A stretch of DNA of 64,000 bases from an uncultured delta proteobacterium (GCA_963816145.1 CAWFJP010000004.1:448001-512000); one strand, 5' to 3'. Positions 38,691 to 49,870 are shown, counted from the first letter of the stretch. Notes: generated from the sequence alone by a model not told the origin. Numbers and translations: made by a program.

Positions 38691-39602
38691 GTGGTGATTC
38701 GTGTTGGTGTCGCGATGGTTTTAGTTTTTCTCATCCTTGTAGATTCGCTTTGGGCCCATCCGGCTAGCCCGGTTCTAGTCGGCGCCGGCGATATCGCTAG
38801 CTGCGATATCGATCGAGCGGAGGCGACTGCAAAGCTACTGGATAAGATTGCTGGGACCGTGTTTACCGCGGGAGATCACGCATACCCTGGTGGGACCGAG
38901 CAACAATTCTCTCGGTGCTATCATCGCTCTTGGGGCAGGCATCGTGAGCGAACCCGGCCATCACCGGGGAATCATGATTATGAGACCGACCAGGCGGTAC
39001 CGTACTTCAAATACTTTGGCGCCAACGCGGGCCCATCTGGGCGTGGCTATTACAGCTACAAACTAGGTGCTTGGCGTATTTTTTCGCTCGACAGCAATAC
39101 CAATGCCCGCTTTTGGGGAGCGGCGCAGGAGCAATGGCTGATCCAGGAACTCGCTGCTTACCATGCCGATTGCACCCTGGCGTACTGGCATCATCCGCTG
39201 TTTAGTTCGAGCACGACCCATGGCAACCAGCTCCACATGCGGCGGCTGTTCAAAATTCTGCATGCCTACGGAACTGACGTGGTGATTGCCGGCCACGACC
39301 ATACTTACGAACGCTTCGCGCCGCAGAATTCCGAGGGTCGAGCCGATCCGCTCGGCATCCGTCAGTTTGTCGTCGGTACCGGTGGCGAGAAGTTCTACGA
39401 CTTCGGCCCCGCGCGTCCCAACAGCGAAGCGCGCAATGCCGCCGATCATGGTGTGCTCAAGTTGACGCTCTATCCCCAGGGCTACGATTGGGAATTTGTG
39501 CCGGTTGCCGGCGGGAAATTCCGCGATAGCGGCAGCGGCAAGTGCTCGGCGCCGTTGTCGTTCAAAGGCGCGTTAGAAACAAAATCGACTTTCGTGACGT
39601 GA
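38691..39602 (+). CDS. Secreted metallophosphoesterase (start approximate)
   Basis: AGDIA; GDHAY; PGNHDY; WHHP; GHDH motifs. Confidence 0.88.
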   Translation: MVIRVGVAMVLVFLILVDSLWAHPASPVLVGAGDIASCDIDRAEATAKLLDKIAGTVFTAGDHAYPGGTEQQFSRCYHRSWGRHRERTRPSPGNHDYETDQAVPYFKYFGANAGPSGRGYYSYKLGAWRIFSLDSNTNARFWGAAQEQWLIQELAAYHADCTLAYWHHPLFSSSTTHGNQLHMRRLFKILHAYGTDVVIAGHDHTYERFAPQNSEGRADPLGIRQFVVGTGGEKFYDFGPARPNSEARNAADHGVLKLTLYPQGYDWEFVPVAGGKFRDSGSGKCSAPLSFKGALETKSTFVT

Positions 39603-39606
39603 ATCC

Positions 39607-41076
39607 ATGGAAGAAGTGCGCATCGTCGATACGACTCTGCGGGACGGCGACATTAGCCTGTGGGCTTACGGCATGACGACGGGGATGATGTTGCCGGCGC
39701 TGCGTCCCATGGACGAAGCGGGTTTCGACTCGATGGAGTTTTTCCTGAGCCTGCGCTTCAAAAAGTTCGTCCGCGAGCACAAGGAAGATCCTTGGGATTG
39801 GCTGCGCCTGGGCACCAAAGAGATCAAGAAAACTCGGCTGCGTTATCACGGCGGTTTGCACAGCGGCTTTGAGTTCATTCCCGAATGCATCCGGCGCCTG
39901 GTGATTTCGACCGTCGCCAAGTACGGCATCGATCTGACGCGCACGTCCAATGCGTGGAATAATTTCGCGCTGCTCGGCAACGAAGCCATTGAACTGAAGA
40001 AGCTCGGTATGGACACGGTGATGAATTTGATTTACGCGATCTCGCCGCGCCACACCGACGAGTACTACGCCCAGAAGGCGCGCGATGCCGCGAAGCTTAA
40101 GCCCTACCGGCTTTGCTTCAAAGATGTCGGCGGCATGCTGACGCCGGAGCGCACGCGCACGCTGGTGCGACTGATCAAACAAAATATCGGCGATGTTCCG
40201 CTTGAGTTTCACGCCCACTGCAACAACGGCTTGGCGCCTTTCAATTTGCTCGAAGCGGTCAAGGAAGGCGTGCGCATCGTGCACACGGCGATTCCACCGC
40301 TGGCCAATGGTTCGTCGCAACCGTCAATCTTCAACGTCGTCAGGAATCTGCGCGCTTTGGGTTACCAGCCGGTGGTCAATACCTCGGTGTTACTGCCGGT
40401 TCAGGAGCACTTCTCACGCATCGCCGAGCTGGAAAACCTCCCCACGGGCGCGCCGCGGGAATACGATCAAGCTTGGTACGGCCATCAGGTGCCGGGCGGG
40501 ATGATTTCCAACCTGCGCCACCAATTGAAGGTTATGGGCACGGAGGAAAAACTTGCCGCAGTGCTCGACGAGATCACCCAGGTGCGCGCTGAGCTTGGCT
40601 ATCCGATCATGGTCACGCCCTTCGCCCAATTCGTCGGCAGCCAAGCGGCGATCAACGTGATTGTCGGGGAGCGCTACAAAGAAGCGACCGATCCGGTGAT
40701 TCAATATGCACTGGGCCTGTGGGGCAAGGAGGGCGCCGATTACATGGACCCGGACGTGAAAGCGAAGATCCTCGACCGCCCGCGCGCCCGGGAAATCGCC
40801 AAAATGGAACACCCCGAGCCGAGTCTAGCCGAGGTGCGCAAGCAATACGGTGGCGCCCACTTATCCGACGAAGACTTGTTGTTGCGCTATTACGCCGGGC
40901 CCGAGTTCGTTGACGCACTTAAGACAGCACCGCCGCGGAAGGAGTATCTCAGTCCGCGTAAACCTTTGGTGCGGTTGATCGAAGAACTCGGAAAGAAAAA
41001 ACTCAGCCACGTTTACATCCGCAAGGATGGCATTACGCTCACCTTGGGTCGAAGGAATAGAACTCAGCCAGCATGA
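39607..41076 (+). CDS. Pyruvate carboxylase/oxaloacetate decarboxylase carboxyltransferase subunit without a biotinyl domain
   Basis: DTTLRDG; EDPWDWLR; CFKDVGG; HAHC; HQVPGGMISN; GYPIMVTP; no EAMKM motif. Confidence 0.88.
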   Translation: MEEVRIVDTTLRDGDISLWAYGMTTGMMLPALRPMDEAGFDSMEFFLSLRFKKFVREHKEDPWDWLRLGTKEIKKTRLRYHGGLHSGFEFIPECIRRLVISTVAKYGIDLTRTSNAWNNFALLGNEAIELKKLGMDTVMNLIYAISPRHTDEYYAQKARDAAKLKPYRLCFKDVGGMLTPERTRTLVRLIKQNIGDVPLEFHAHCNNGLAPFNLLEAVKEGVRIVHTAIPPLANGSSQPSIFNVVRNLRALGYQPVVNTSVLLPVQEHFSRIAELENLPTGAPREYDQAWYGHQVPGGMISNLRHQLKVMGTEEKLAAVLDEITQVRAELGYPIMVTPFAQFVGSQAAINVIVGERYKEATDPVIQYALGLWGKEGADYMDPDVKAKILDRPRAREIAKMEHPEPSLAEVRKQYGGAHLSDEDLLLRYYAGPEFVDALKTAPPRKEYLSPRKPLVRLIEELGKKKLSHVYIRKDGITLTLGRRNRTQPA

Positions 41077-41264
41077 ATCTGCGCTATGGATCGCTGTGCG
41101 CCCAGTTAGCAGGATTGGCGCCGGCCTGGGTTGACGCTCAGCCACTATTGGCTTCCAGGCTCTCATAATACGTTGCTTTTTCGATTAAATAATGGTCGAT
41201 CGCGGTTCGTGTCACGAGTAGCAGTAAACCTTAACCAATCATCAACATCGTGAGGAGTGCAAGG

Positions 41265-41724
41265 ATGAAATCTCCCAAGATGTTGTGCTTGGAGTACTTG
41301 GGCTAGCGGTTTTGGCGGGTTGCGCCACAGGCGGCTCCGGCTCAGGACGGTATTGGTCACGTTATGCAAACAATCCGGCATGAAAATCGATTCCCTGAAA
41401 ATTTCGCCCGACCCCATTGCTCAAGGGCAGCAGATTAGTAATTGGCGCGTGGTCGTTCAAGCTGATACCGATGGAGAACGCGCCACGTCCCTGCAGGTCC
41501 AAGAGCAACCGTCGAATTTCACCGTCGCTAACACGCGGGTTTACAGGTTCCGTCCCGGTTTGAACGAGGTCACAGTGCAACCGGATATTCGCTACCGCTT
41601 TAGCCAGGCACAGCATTGTTTTGTTGTCATCGCCGATATTGAGGAAATCCCGCGCGCAAACGATGCGACGAAAAAGTTCTGTGCGCAAAAGCAGGGTAAT
41701 GGCTGGACGATGGCCGGTCGCTAA
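41265..41724 (+). pseudogene. Frameshifted putative lipoprotein gene
   Basis: ATG 41265, lipobox VLGLAVLAGC (41285-41323) and the mature body (QSGMKIDSL...GWTMAGR) lie in three different frames. Confidence 0.4.
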
Positions 41725-41903
41725 CACAGCGACAGGAGCCGAGGTGGTACGCTAGCGTTCGCAACCGCGTGATGCGTTCCGCTCCGGCTATTTGATTCGA
41801 TACCGTATTTGCGACTTACGACCTATCACGGATCAACGAGAATTCATTGGAAACATCACTTCGACCTTGCTGCCTTGCAGTGTCTCGTCGACGTCTCTAG
41901 CTA

Positions 41904-43397
41904 TCACAATCCCGTCGTGCTCGCCGGTGGCCGGCGGTGGTGCGTCGCTTGTTCGTAGGCGTAGGCGTACTTGATCAGGTTGCCGTCGTCGTAGGGGCGG
42001 CCGATGAAGCAGAGCCCCGCCGGCAAATTGTCCCGCGTGAAGCCCGCCGGTACCGTGATCGTCGGCACATAAACCAAAAAAGTATTCAGATGCGGCGCGC
42101 CTTTCTGATCTGTGAACGGCGGTGCGATGCCGTCTTTGATCAAGGTCGGTTGATGCTCGACGGACTTGTAGACTATAGCGTCAAGTCTATAGTCGGCCAT
42201 GACTTTCAAGAAGTTGGTCGTAAGCTCGTCCTGGGCGCGCAGACTCTCGTAGTGTTTGGTTGCGTCGGGATTGCGCTTGAAGCGTTCCTGCGAACGTTTG
42301 ACGACTTTGGGGAAGTCCGGGTGCTGGGTCGCTTCCTGCGGCGTTTTGAACGGTGAGTTGGCGCTGCGGCTATAATAGTTTTTAAACGATTCTGCGGTTT
42401 CGCCGGGAGCGCCGGAGCGTTTGGCGAGTAATTCTTTGATCTTTGGAATTACGATCGGGTCGATAACCTCAGCGCCAGCCGCCTTCAGTTCGCTCAGCGC
42501 TTTGTCGAACACTTCTTGAATTTTTTTGAAATCTTCCGACTCCGGTTCGGAATTCAAACCGATGGACTCGCGCAATACCCCCAAACGCGCGCCTTTGAGA
42601 CCATCCTTATTCAAAAACTTGGTGAAGGTGTCGGGGGTATTGCCGACGCCGCGGGCGGTAATCGGATCTTCGGGATCGTAGCCGGCCATGCTGTCCAGCA
42701 GGATCGCCAAGTCCTTTACCGTGCGCGCCATCGGGCCCAAAGAGCCGAACACTTCCGGCCAGCAACCGTAGACGCCGCCGCGGCTGACGATACCCGCGGA
42801 CGGGCGCATGCCGGTGATGCAGTTCCAAGTTGATGGTCGGCGGATCGACGCTAAGCCTTCCTGGCCGACTGCGACCGTCGAGTAGTTCGCCGCTACCGCC
42901 GCTGCCGAGCCGCCGGAGGAGCCGCCGACGGTCCGTTCGGTGTCATAGGGGTTGCGCGTCGAGCCGAACAGCGAGCCGTGGGTGTCGCCGCCGCCGAGCT
43001 CGCCCAAGGTCGCTTTGCCGAGAATCACCGCGCCGGCATTTTTCAATTTTTCGGCAACGAACGAATCGCGATCGGGATAGTAGTCCTTGAATAACAGCGA
43101 CCCCAATGTTGTCGGCATACCTTTGACATCGGCCTGATCTTTGACGATCACAGGAATGCCGTGCAGCGGTCCGACCGGGCCGGAGGATTTGTACGCTCCG
43201 TCAAGTTTGTCGGCATCTTTCAAGGCATCGACGTTGACCGTGATCATCGCGTTGATGTTCGGCCCTTTTTTGTCGAAGGCTTCGATACGATCCAAATAAG
43301 CTTGCACCACTTGGCGGCAGGTGAGTTGGCCGGCTTTGTAACCGGCGTGAATGTCGTCGATGGTCGCTTCGACGGGATTGAAATTGATTCGAGCCAT
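41904..43397 (-). CDS. Amidase signature family protein
   Basis: AAGGAG RBS; GPLHGIPVIVKD; GGSSGGSAAA; ASIRRP. Confidence 0.92.
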   Translation of the reverse strand: MARINFNPVEATIDDIHAGYKAGQLTCRQVVQAYLDRIEAFDKKGPNINAMITVNVDALKDADKLDGAYKSSGPVGPLHGIPVIVKDQADVKGMPTTLGSLLFKDYYPDRDSFVAEKLKNAGAVILGKATLGELGGGDTHGSLFGSTRNPYDTERTVGGSSGGSAAAVAANYSTVAVGQEGLASIRRPSTWNCITGMRPSAGIVSRGGVYGCWPEVFGSLGPMARTVKDLAILLDSMAGYDPEDPITARGVGNTPDTFTKFLNKDGLKGARLGVLRESIGLNSEPESEDFKKIQEVFDKALSELKAAGAEVIDPIVIPKIKELLAKRSGAPGETAESFKNYYSRSANSPFKTPQEATQHPDFPKVVKRSQERFKRNPDATKHYESLRAQDELTTNFLKVMADYRLDAIVYKSVEHQPTLIKDGIAPPFTDQKGAPHLNTFLVYVPTITVPAGFTRDNLPAGLCFIGRPYDDGNLIKYAYAYEQATHHRRPPASTTGL

Positions 43398-43577
43398 GTT
43401 TTGTCTCCTTGTGATAGATCTAAATATTGAACTGGGACGGCAATGTCCAGGGCCAATAGGCGGAAGGCTCGAGGCGCGAGTCCGGAGAGGGGCGCATAAT
43501 GCCGCGCGCCCGATGGTTGAAAGATATTGTCGGTCGTGATTATTCGAATAGGATAATTTTGTGGCGCAACGACGAAT

Positions 43578-44753
43578 ATGGCTGTGATGTCTCGACGGGT
43601 TGCCGGATTCGGCACGACGATATTCGCTGATGTCAACGCTCTGGCGGCGAAGCATGGCGCGGTGAATCTCGGCCAGGGGGCGCCGGATTTCGACGGACCG
43701 CCGGAAGTGTTGGCGGCGGCGGTCAAAGCTGTCAATAGCGCGCTCAATCAATACGCGCCGGGCATCGGGATGGCGCCGGTGCGCCTGGCGATCGCCCAGC
43801 ATGCCCAGCGCTTCTACAACCAGCAGTTGAACCCTGACACCGAAGTGCTGGTGACCTCTGGCGCCACCGAAGCGATGTTTGCGGCGATTTTCGGATTGAC
43901 CGATCCCGGCGACGAGGTGATCGTTTTCGAGCCGGTGTACGATACCTATGTGCCGAACCTGGTCATGGCCGGCGTGTCGCCGCGCTATGTGCCGCTACGC
44001 GGCGATAGCTGGTGCTTCGATGCCGACGAACTGGCCAAGGCGTTCAATGCGCGGACCAAGGCGATCGTCATCAACACGCCGCATAATCCCACCGGCAAAG
44101 TCTTTTCGCACGACGAATTGCGGACCATCGCCGAATTGTGCCTGAAGCATAACGTCGTCGCTATCACCGATGAAGTGTATGAGCATATTCTTTACGACGA
44201 CGCGAGTCATGTGCGCCTGGCGACGCTTCCCGGCATGGCAGAACGCACCTTGACCATCAGCAGCCTGGGCAAGACTTTTAGCGTCACCGGTTGGAAGATC
44301 GGCTGGGCCATGGGGCCGGCGGCATTGGTGCACGCGGTCAACCAGGCGCACCAGTTCATCACTTATGCGGTGGCGTCGCCGCTGCAGGCCGCGGCGGCGA
44401 CGGCGCTCAATATGCCGTTGGCCTTTTTCGAAGATTTGCAGGCTAGCTATCAATCGCGGCGCGATCGCCTGCTCGAAGTCCTGCGCCGCGCCGGCTTCAA
44501 GGTTTTCAAACCGCAAGGCAGCTACTTCATCATGATCGATTGGCGCGGCGTGGCGCCGCGTCAAGTCCAAGACGACATGCAGTTCACCCGCTGGCTGATT
44601 CAGGAGATCGGCGTCGCTTGCATTCCGGCAAGCCCGTTTTACCAGGAATCAGATAAACACTTGGGCAAATACTTTGCCAGGTTTGCCGTTTGCAAGAAGG
44701 ATGAAACCCTGGACGCTGCCGCGGAGCGATTTGCCAAGCTTGGGGAAATATGA
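43578..44753 (+). CDS. PLP-dependent class I/II aminotransferase (YbdL/DapC-like)
   Basis: NLGQGAPDF; NTPHNPTG; DEVY; SLGKTFSVTGWKIG. Confidence 0.93.
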   Translation: MAVMSRRVAGFGTTIFADVNALAAKHGAVNLGQGAPDFDGPPEVLAAAVKAVNSALNQYAPGIGMAPVRLAIAQHAQRFYNQQLNPDTEVLVTSGATEAMFAAIFGLTDPGDEVIVFEPVYDTYVPNLVMAGVSPRYVPLRGDSWCFDADELAKAFNARTKAIVINTPHNPTGKVFSHDELRTIAELCLKHNVVAITDEVYEHILYDDASHVRLATLPGMAERTLTISSLGKTFSVTGWKIGWAMGPAALVHAVNQAHQFITYAVASPLQAAAATALNMPLAFFEDLQASYQSRRDRLLEVLRRAGFKVFKPQGSYFIMIDWRGVAPRQVQDDMQFTRWLIQEIGVACIPASPFYQESDKHLGKYFARFAVCKKDETLDAAAERFAKLGEI

Positions 44754-44786
44754 GATTGCACATGAACAATACAGCGAGGTGACGAG

Positions 44787-45353
44787 ATGAAATTAATTCG
44801 CGTGGCGATTTTGCCGATTCTGATTATCGCGGTGATCCAAACTCCTGTTCAATCTCAGGAATCGATTCCCTATGTGCCCACCACCATGCCGGTGGTGGGG
44901 AAGATGCTGGAGCTGGCGTCGGTTTCCAAGGACGATCTGGTTTACGACATGGGGTGCGGCGATGGGCGGATCTTGATCATGGCGGCGAAAAAATACGGCG
45001 CGCGCGGCGTCGGCATCGACCTCGACCCGGTGCGCATCGCCGAAGCCAAGAAAATTGCCGAAGAGGAAGGCGTCAGCCATCTGGTCGAATTCCGCGCCGA
45101 GGACGGCACCAAGACCGATATCTCCAAGGCGACGGTGGTGACGCTCTACATGTTCAAATGGTTCAACAACGCGATCCGACCCAAATTGCAAAAGCTCCCG
45201 CCGGGCTCGCGCGTGGTCGCCCATGATTTCGATATCGACGACTGGAAGCCGACGGATATAGTTTATTTGGATTCCGAGAAAAACGGCCACGAAGGCATCG
45301 AGCGGCCGCACACGCTTTATTTGTGGCTCGTCGGCGCCGAGCAGAAGCCGTAA
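44787..45353 (+). CDS. Class I SAM-dependent methyltransferase with an N-terminal signal-like segment
   Basis: PYVPT; YDMGCGDGRI; ATVVTLY. Confidence 0.88.
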   Translation: MKLIRVAILPILIIAVIQTPVQSQESIPYVPTTMPVVGKMLELASVSKDDLVYDMGCGDGRILIMAAKKYGARGVGIDLDPVRIAEAKKIAEEEGVSHLVEFRAEDGTKTDISKATVVTLYMFKWFNNAIRPKLQKLPPGSRVVAHDFDIDDWKPTDIVYLDSEKNGHEGIERPHTLYLWLVGAEQKP

Positions 45354-45446
45354 CCACGCGCAAAAGACAGCCTTGATCGCTTGCAACATTTCAAGCTATG
45401 CCGGTCGGTTCGGCGCAGCCAGCAACCTAACTCTTCCTCGCGGCGG

Positions 45447-46472
45447 TCAATTCTTCCAGAAGATCTCCATATATTGTTTATTGATCTCGTCGAAGCGCGC
45501 CATCATCTTCGGGTTAACCGGATGGAGGCGATAGCCGGCGGTTTTTTTGCGCAGCTCCGATTCGACGCTGGGATTGGCGGGGTAGCTGCCGATAACATTG
45601 GCGGCGAGACTCTGGCCCTCCTGCGACAGCAAGAAATCGACGAACAGCTTGGCGGCGTTGGGATGGCGGGCGTGGGCGTAGACGCCGAGCAGGTGGGTCG
45701 ATGCCGGAATCGGATTTCTGCCTGGCACCCATTCGATGGGCGCGCCGGCTTTTTGGATTTTCACAAAAGTCTCTAGATAAGTGTTGGCCAACACCGGGAA
45801 CTCGCCGGCCGCAAGCAGTTGGGTCAGGAGATTTTTGTTCTCGCGCATGTAGAGGTCTTTGGCGGCGAGTTTTTTCATGAAAGCGAGCCCTTCGGTGTCG
45901 CCCATGATCTCCAACATCACCGCCATCCAGGAGCTGTCGCGGTAGTCCATGGCGATCTGCTTGGGGCGCCAGCGCGGCTGCAGCAAATCTTCGTATCTTT
46001 TCGGCGCAATATCCGGCGCAACCAGCTTGGTGTTGTAGGCCATGCCTTGAACGCCCAAGTGGAGAATATTCCAGTAGCCGTCGGCATCTTTGAGCGTGTC
46101 GGGATATTTGGCGCGCTCCGGCGAGTCGTATTTCATGATGAGTTTGGCGCGGGTGAGCTCGTTCCAGATGGTAAACGTCGCGCTGATCACGTCGGCTTCA
46201 TGTTGCTGGGTGCGCGCTTCCAGTTGAATTTTCGGCAGAAGCTTCTGTGTGTTAGCGCGGTAAAGCGAGGTGTCGATGAACGGATACTTTTTCTTGAACT
46301 CGGCAAGCAGAGCGGTGGCGTTTTCCGTCAGCATGCTGACATAGGCGACCAGCTTGCCTTCCTTCTTCGCCGCGTCGACGATCTTGGGGTCGGCGGCTGC
46401 GACCACACCGACGCACACCAGGGGCAACGCCAAAAAAGCAAAAACCAATAGTTGGCGCAGCAATGGGCTCAT
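45447..46472 (-). CDS. Extracellular solute-binding protein (FbpA/AfuA-like)
   Basis: Signal peptide; AAKKEGKL; YNTKLV; ARHPNAAKLF..FLLS. Confidence 0.88.
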   Translation of the reverse strand: MSPLLRQLLVFAFLALPLVCVGVVAAADPKIVDAAKKEGKLVAYVSMLTENATALLAEFKKKYPFIDTSLYRANTQKLLPKIQLEARTQQHEADVISATFTIWNELTRAKLIMKYDSPERAKYPDTLKDADGYWNILHLGVQGMAYNTKLVAPDIAPKRYEDLLQPRWRPKQIAMDYRDSSWMAVMLEIMGDTEGLAFMKKLAAKDLYMRENKNLLTQLLAAGEFPVLANTYLETFVKIQKAGAPIEWVPGRNPIPASTHLLGVYAHARHPNAAKLFVDFLLSQEGQSLAANVIGSYPANPSVESELRKKTAGYRLHPVNPKMMARFDEINKQYMEIFWKN

Positions 46473-46646
46473 GAGCGCTCCCTCACAAGAACTATTTTTT
46501 CGCACGTAACTTCTACAGCAAAGAACGATCGGCCATTTGGCTGGCGCTTGGGGGGGGTAACGAACGTCAGCGTTCATGCGGCGATTCTTTAGCCGATGGC
46601 GCGGAACTGTCAAGGCGAAAAATAGCTTTTGGCTGCAACCGCCGCT

Positions 46647-47951
46647 CTAGCGGATCAGGCGGGCGCGTGGCAGGGCCAGATAGATGCCCAGCATGCTGAG
46701 GGCGCCGGCCAGACTGAGCGATGCCGTCGCCCACTGGGCACCGACCCAGGAGGCCAGAGCACCGATCAGGATGCCGCCGGCGAGCAGGATCACATGGGTC
46801 ATGTGATAGAGCGCCATGGTGCGGCCGCGAAACTCCTTGGGCGAGTAAGTTTGGATGACGGTCTGTGCCAGGGCGTGGGAGGTGACATGGACGATGCCGA
46901 CCAAGCCCATGAGCACCACCGATAACTTGAACCAGGGCGAGACCGCGAAGGCGGCGATGATGACGCCATAGATCGTCACACCGATGAGCATGATGTTGAC
47001 CCGCGGCACGCGGTCGCCGAACGATGCGATCAAGACTGAGCTGAACAATGCGCCGATGCCCATGGCGCTCAGCAGCAGTCCTTGCCCGGTGGCGCCGACA
47101 TGAAGCACGTCGCGGGCAAAGACCGGCAACAGGGTCATAAACGGAATGATAAAGATCGACGAGCAGATGACGATTAGCAAGCTGGCGCGCACCGCCTCGT
47201 TGCGCCAGCTGAATTTCCAACCTTCGATGATGCTCCGGCCGAAGGATTCGTCGTGGCCATGTTTGCCGCCGGTGGTCTGCGCCGGGTTCTGGCCGGCGCG
47301 CAACTGCCAGGTCCAAATGGTGGCAAGAAAATAGCAAAGCGCTTGTGCGGTATAGGCACCGCCGGTGCCGACCAACGCGATCAGAAAACCGGCGACCGCC
47401 GGGCCGGCGCTGCGGGCGACGTTGAAGACAATCGAATTTAAGCCGATGGCGTTGGTGATATGGGCCGTCGGCACGGCGTCGCCGACCATGGCGGCGCGCG
47501 CCGGCTGTTGAAACGCCTGGACCACCGACATGCCGAACGCCGTGAGATAAACATGCCAGGGTTCGATACGCCCGGCAAAGATCAATATAGCGACGACGAC
47601 GTAGAGCAGGCCGTCGACAATCTGGGCGACGAGAATTTGATTCTTGCGCGAGTAGCGATCGGCGGCGCTCCCCGCCACGGGTGACAGCAAAAGTATCGGA
47701 ATCGCCTGGACACCGCGTACCAGACCCAACTGCAGTGTCGAGTTGGTCAGCTCGTAGAGCAACCAGCCGCGTGCCACTTGATCCATCCAGGTGGCGAGCG
47801 AAGCGAAGATCTGCCCGAACCAGATCAAACGGTACTCGCGATAATGCAGCGCCTCGAATATGCGCAGTCCGCCGAGTAAGCCAAGCCAGCCGCGTGGCTG
47901 GGCGGCCTCGATCGCGGCCTCTGCCGGCGACGCTGGGGTTTCGTCGCTCAT
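46647..47951 (-). CDS. MFS transporter (MFS_3/DHA3-like)
   Basis: GSAADRYSRK; FQQPAR; 12 TM segments; FRGRTMALY. Confidence 0.9.
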   Translation of the reverse strand: MSDETPASPAEAAIEAAQPRGWLGLLGGLRIFEALHYREYRLIWFGQIFASLATWMDQVARGWLLYELTNSTLQLGLVRGVQAIPILLLSPVAGSAADRYSRKNQILVAQIVDGLLYVVVAILIFAGRIEPWHVYLTAFGMSVVQAFQQPARAAMVGDAVPTAHITNAIGLNSIVFNVARSAGPAVAGFLIALVGTGGAYTAQALCYFLATIWTWQLRAGQNPAQTTGGKHGHDESFGRSIIEGWKFSWRNEAVRASLLIVICSSIFIIPFMTLLPVFARDVLHVGATGQGLLLSAMGIGALFSSVLIASFGDRVPRVNIMLIGVTIYGVIIAAFAVSPWFKLSVVLMGLVGIVHVTSHALAQTVIQTYSPKEFRGRTMALYHMTHVILLAGGILIGALASWVGAQWATASLSLAGALSMLGIYLALPRARLIR

Positions 47952-48058
47952 ACCAGAAATTCCAATCGGGCGAGGTTACAGCCAAACGGCCGCCTTCCAT
48001 TGATATCGACCTTGCTGGGGTTCATTCGCCGCACTGTCGTTCGCCGATGGTCGCCGAA

Positions 48059-49741
48059 TTACGCCCGCGTCAACTGCCGGTACTTGATGCGGTGCGGCCG
48101 GTCGGCGTCGGCGCCCATACGCGCTTTGCGGTCGGCCTCGTAGTCCGAATAGTTGCCGTCAAACCAAATGATTTTGCTGTCGCCTTCGAAGGCGAGGATG
48201 TGGGTCGCGATGCGGTCGAGAAACCAGCGGTCATGGGAGATCACCACAGCGCAGCCGGCGAAGTTCTCCAGCGCTTCTTCGAGGGCGCGAAGGGTGTTGA
48301 CATCCAAGTCGTTGGTCGGTTCATCGAGCAGGATGACGTTGGCGCCTTCCTTCAACATCTTGGCCAGGTGCACGCGGTTGCGCTCGCCGCCGGACAGACC
48401 GCCGACTTTTTTCTGTTGGTCACTGCCGGAGAAATTGAAGCGCGCCACATAGGCGCGCGAATTGACCTCGCGGTTGCCAATCTTCAGCAAATCGGCGCCG
48501 CCGGAGATTTCCTCCCAGATCGATTTGTCCGGATCGAGGGTGCGGCTTTGATCGACGTACGCCAGCACCACGGTATCACCGATGCGGATCTTGCCGCTGT
48601 CGGGTTTCTCTTGCCCGGTGATCATGCGAAACAGCGTCGTCTTGCCGGCGCCGTTGGGGCCAATGACGCCGACGATGCCACCCGGCGGCAGCTTGAAGGT
48701 CATGCCATCGATCAGCAGGTGATCGCCGTAGGCTTTGCTGACATTTTCCGCTTCGATGACGACATTGCCGAGCCGCGGTCCCGGCGGAATCGGGATTTCT
48801 AAATCTTCGCGCTGCTTCTGCGACTCCTGATCGAGCAGCGCTTCATAGGCGGTGATGCGCGCTTTGCCCTTGGATTGGCGCGCTTTCGGCGACATGCGGA
48901 TCCATTCAAGTTCGCGCTGCAACGTCTTCTGCCGTTCGCTTTCGGACTTTTCCTGTTGCCGCAATCGTTCCTGTTTCTGCTCCAGCCATGACGTGTAGTT
49001 GCCTTTGAACGGGATACCCTGGCCGCGATCGAGCTCGAGAATCCAGCCGGCGACGTTGTCGAGGAAGTATCTGTCATGGGTGACCGCGATGACCGTGCCG
49101 GCATAACTCTGCAAATGATGTTCGAGCCAGGCCACCGACTCAGCGTCGAGATGATTGGTCGGTTCGTCGAGGAGCAAAATATCCGGCTTCTGCAACAGCA
49201 AGCGGCACAAGGCGACGCGGCGGCGTTCGCCGCCGGACAAGATCTTCACCGGCGTGTCCGAAGGCGGACAGCGCAGCGCATCCATCGCCATCTCCAGCCG
49301 CGCGTCGAGGTCCCAGGCATCTAGATGGTCGAGCTTCTCTTGCACCTCGCCCTGCCGTTCGAGCAGTTTGTTCATGTCGTCGTCGGACATTTCCTCGGCG
49401 AACTTGGCGTTGATCTCCTCGAATTCCTTCAACAGATTAACGGTTTCCTGCACCGCTTCCTCGACCACTTCGCGCACGGTGCGCGCATCGTCGACCAACG
49501 GCTCCTGCTGCAGGTAGCCGACGGTATAGCCCGGCGACAGCACGGCTTCGCCGTTAAACTCCTTGTCGACGCCGGCCATGATCTTAAGCAACGACGACTT
49601 GCCCGAGCCGTTCAAACCGATGACACCGATCTTGGCGCCGTAGAAATAGGAGAGATAAATATCTTTCAGCACGGCGCGCTTGTCGTAATTCTTGCCGACG
49701 CCGACCATCGAATAGATAATTTTGTTGGGTTCGGTTGCCAT
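48059..49741 (-). CDS. ettA: Energy-dependent translational throttle protein EttA (ABC-F)
   Basis: Two ABC domains; [15 protein letters not shown]; [19 protein letters not shown] linker; PHRIKYR C-terminus. Confidence 0.96.
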   Translation of the reverse strand: MATEPNKIIYSMVGVGKNYDKRAVLKDIYLSYFYGAKIGVIGLNGSGKSSLLKIMAGVDKEFNGEAVLSPGYTVGYLQQEPLVDDARTVREVVEEAVQETVNLLKEFEEINAKFAEEMSDDDMNKLLERQGEVQEKLDHLDAWDLDARLEMAMDALRCPPSDTPVKILSGGERRRVALCRLLLQKPDILLLDEPTNHLDAESVAWLEHHLQSYAGTVIAVTHDRYFLDNVAGWILELDRGQGIPFKGNYTSWLEQKQERLRQQEKSESERQKTLQRELEWIRMSPKARQSKGKARITAYEALLDQESQKQREDLEIPIPPGPRLGNVVIEAENVSKAYGDHLLIDGMTFKLPPGGIVGVIGPNGAGKTTLFRMITGQEKPDSGKIRIGDTVVLAYVDQSRTLDPDKSIWEEISGGADLLKIGNREVNSRAYVARFNFSGSDQQKKVGGLSGGERNRVHLAKMLKEGANVILLDEPTNDLDVNTLRALEEALENFAGCAVVISHDRWFLDRIATHILAFEGDSKIIWFDGNYSDYEADRKARMGADADRPHRIKYRQLTRA

Positions 49742-49795
49742 GGATTGAAACGATTACCTCGCGTGCGAATTTGTTAAGAATTTGGCTTCAATACT

Positions 49796-49870
49796 ATTCA
49801 CCACGGAGGCGCTTAGGGCGCGGAGTTTCGAAGAACAAACCTCTACGAATTCTCTGTCTCTGCGGTGAAT
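49796..49870. repeat. Inverted CACCACGGAG/CTCTGCGGTG-type intergenic element
   Basis: ATTCACCACGGAG...CTCTGCGGTGAAT ends. Confidence 0.55.

Noticed and set aside
46567-48802. Long alternative-frame or antisense ORFs (for example 46567-48000, 47681-48802, and 13891-15048 elsewhere)
   Set aside because: They shadow well-supported genes and show the low-complexity translation expected from GC-rich codon bias
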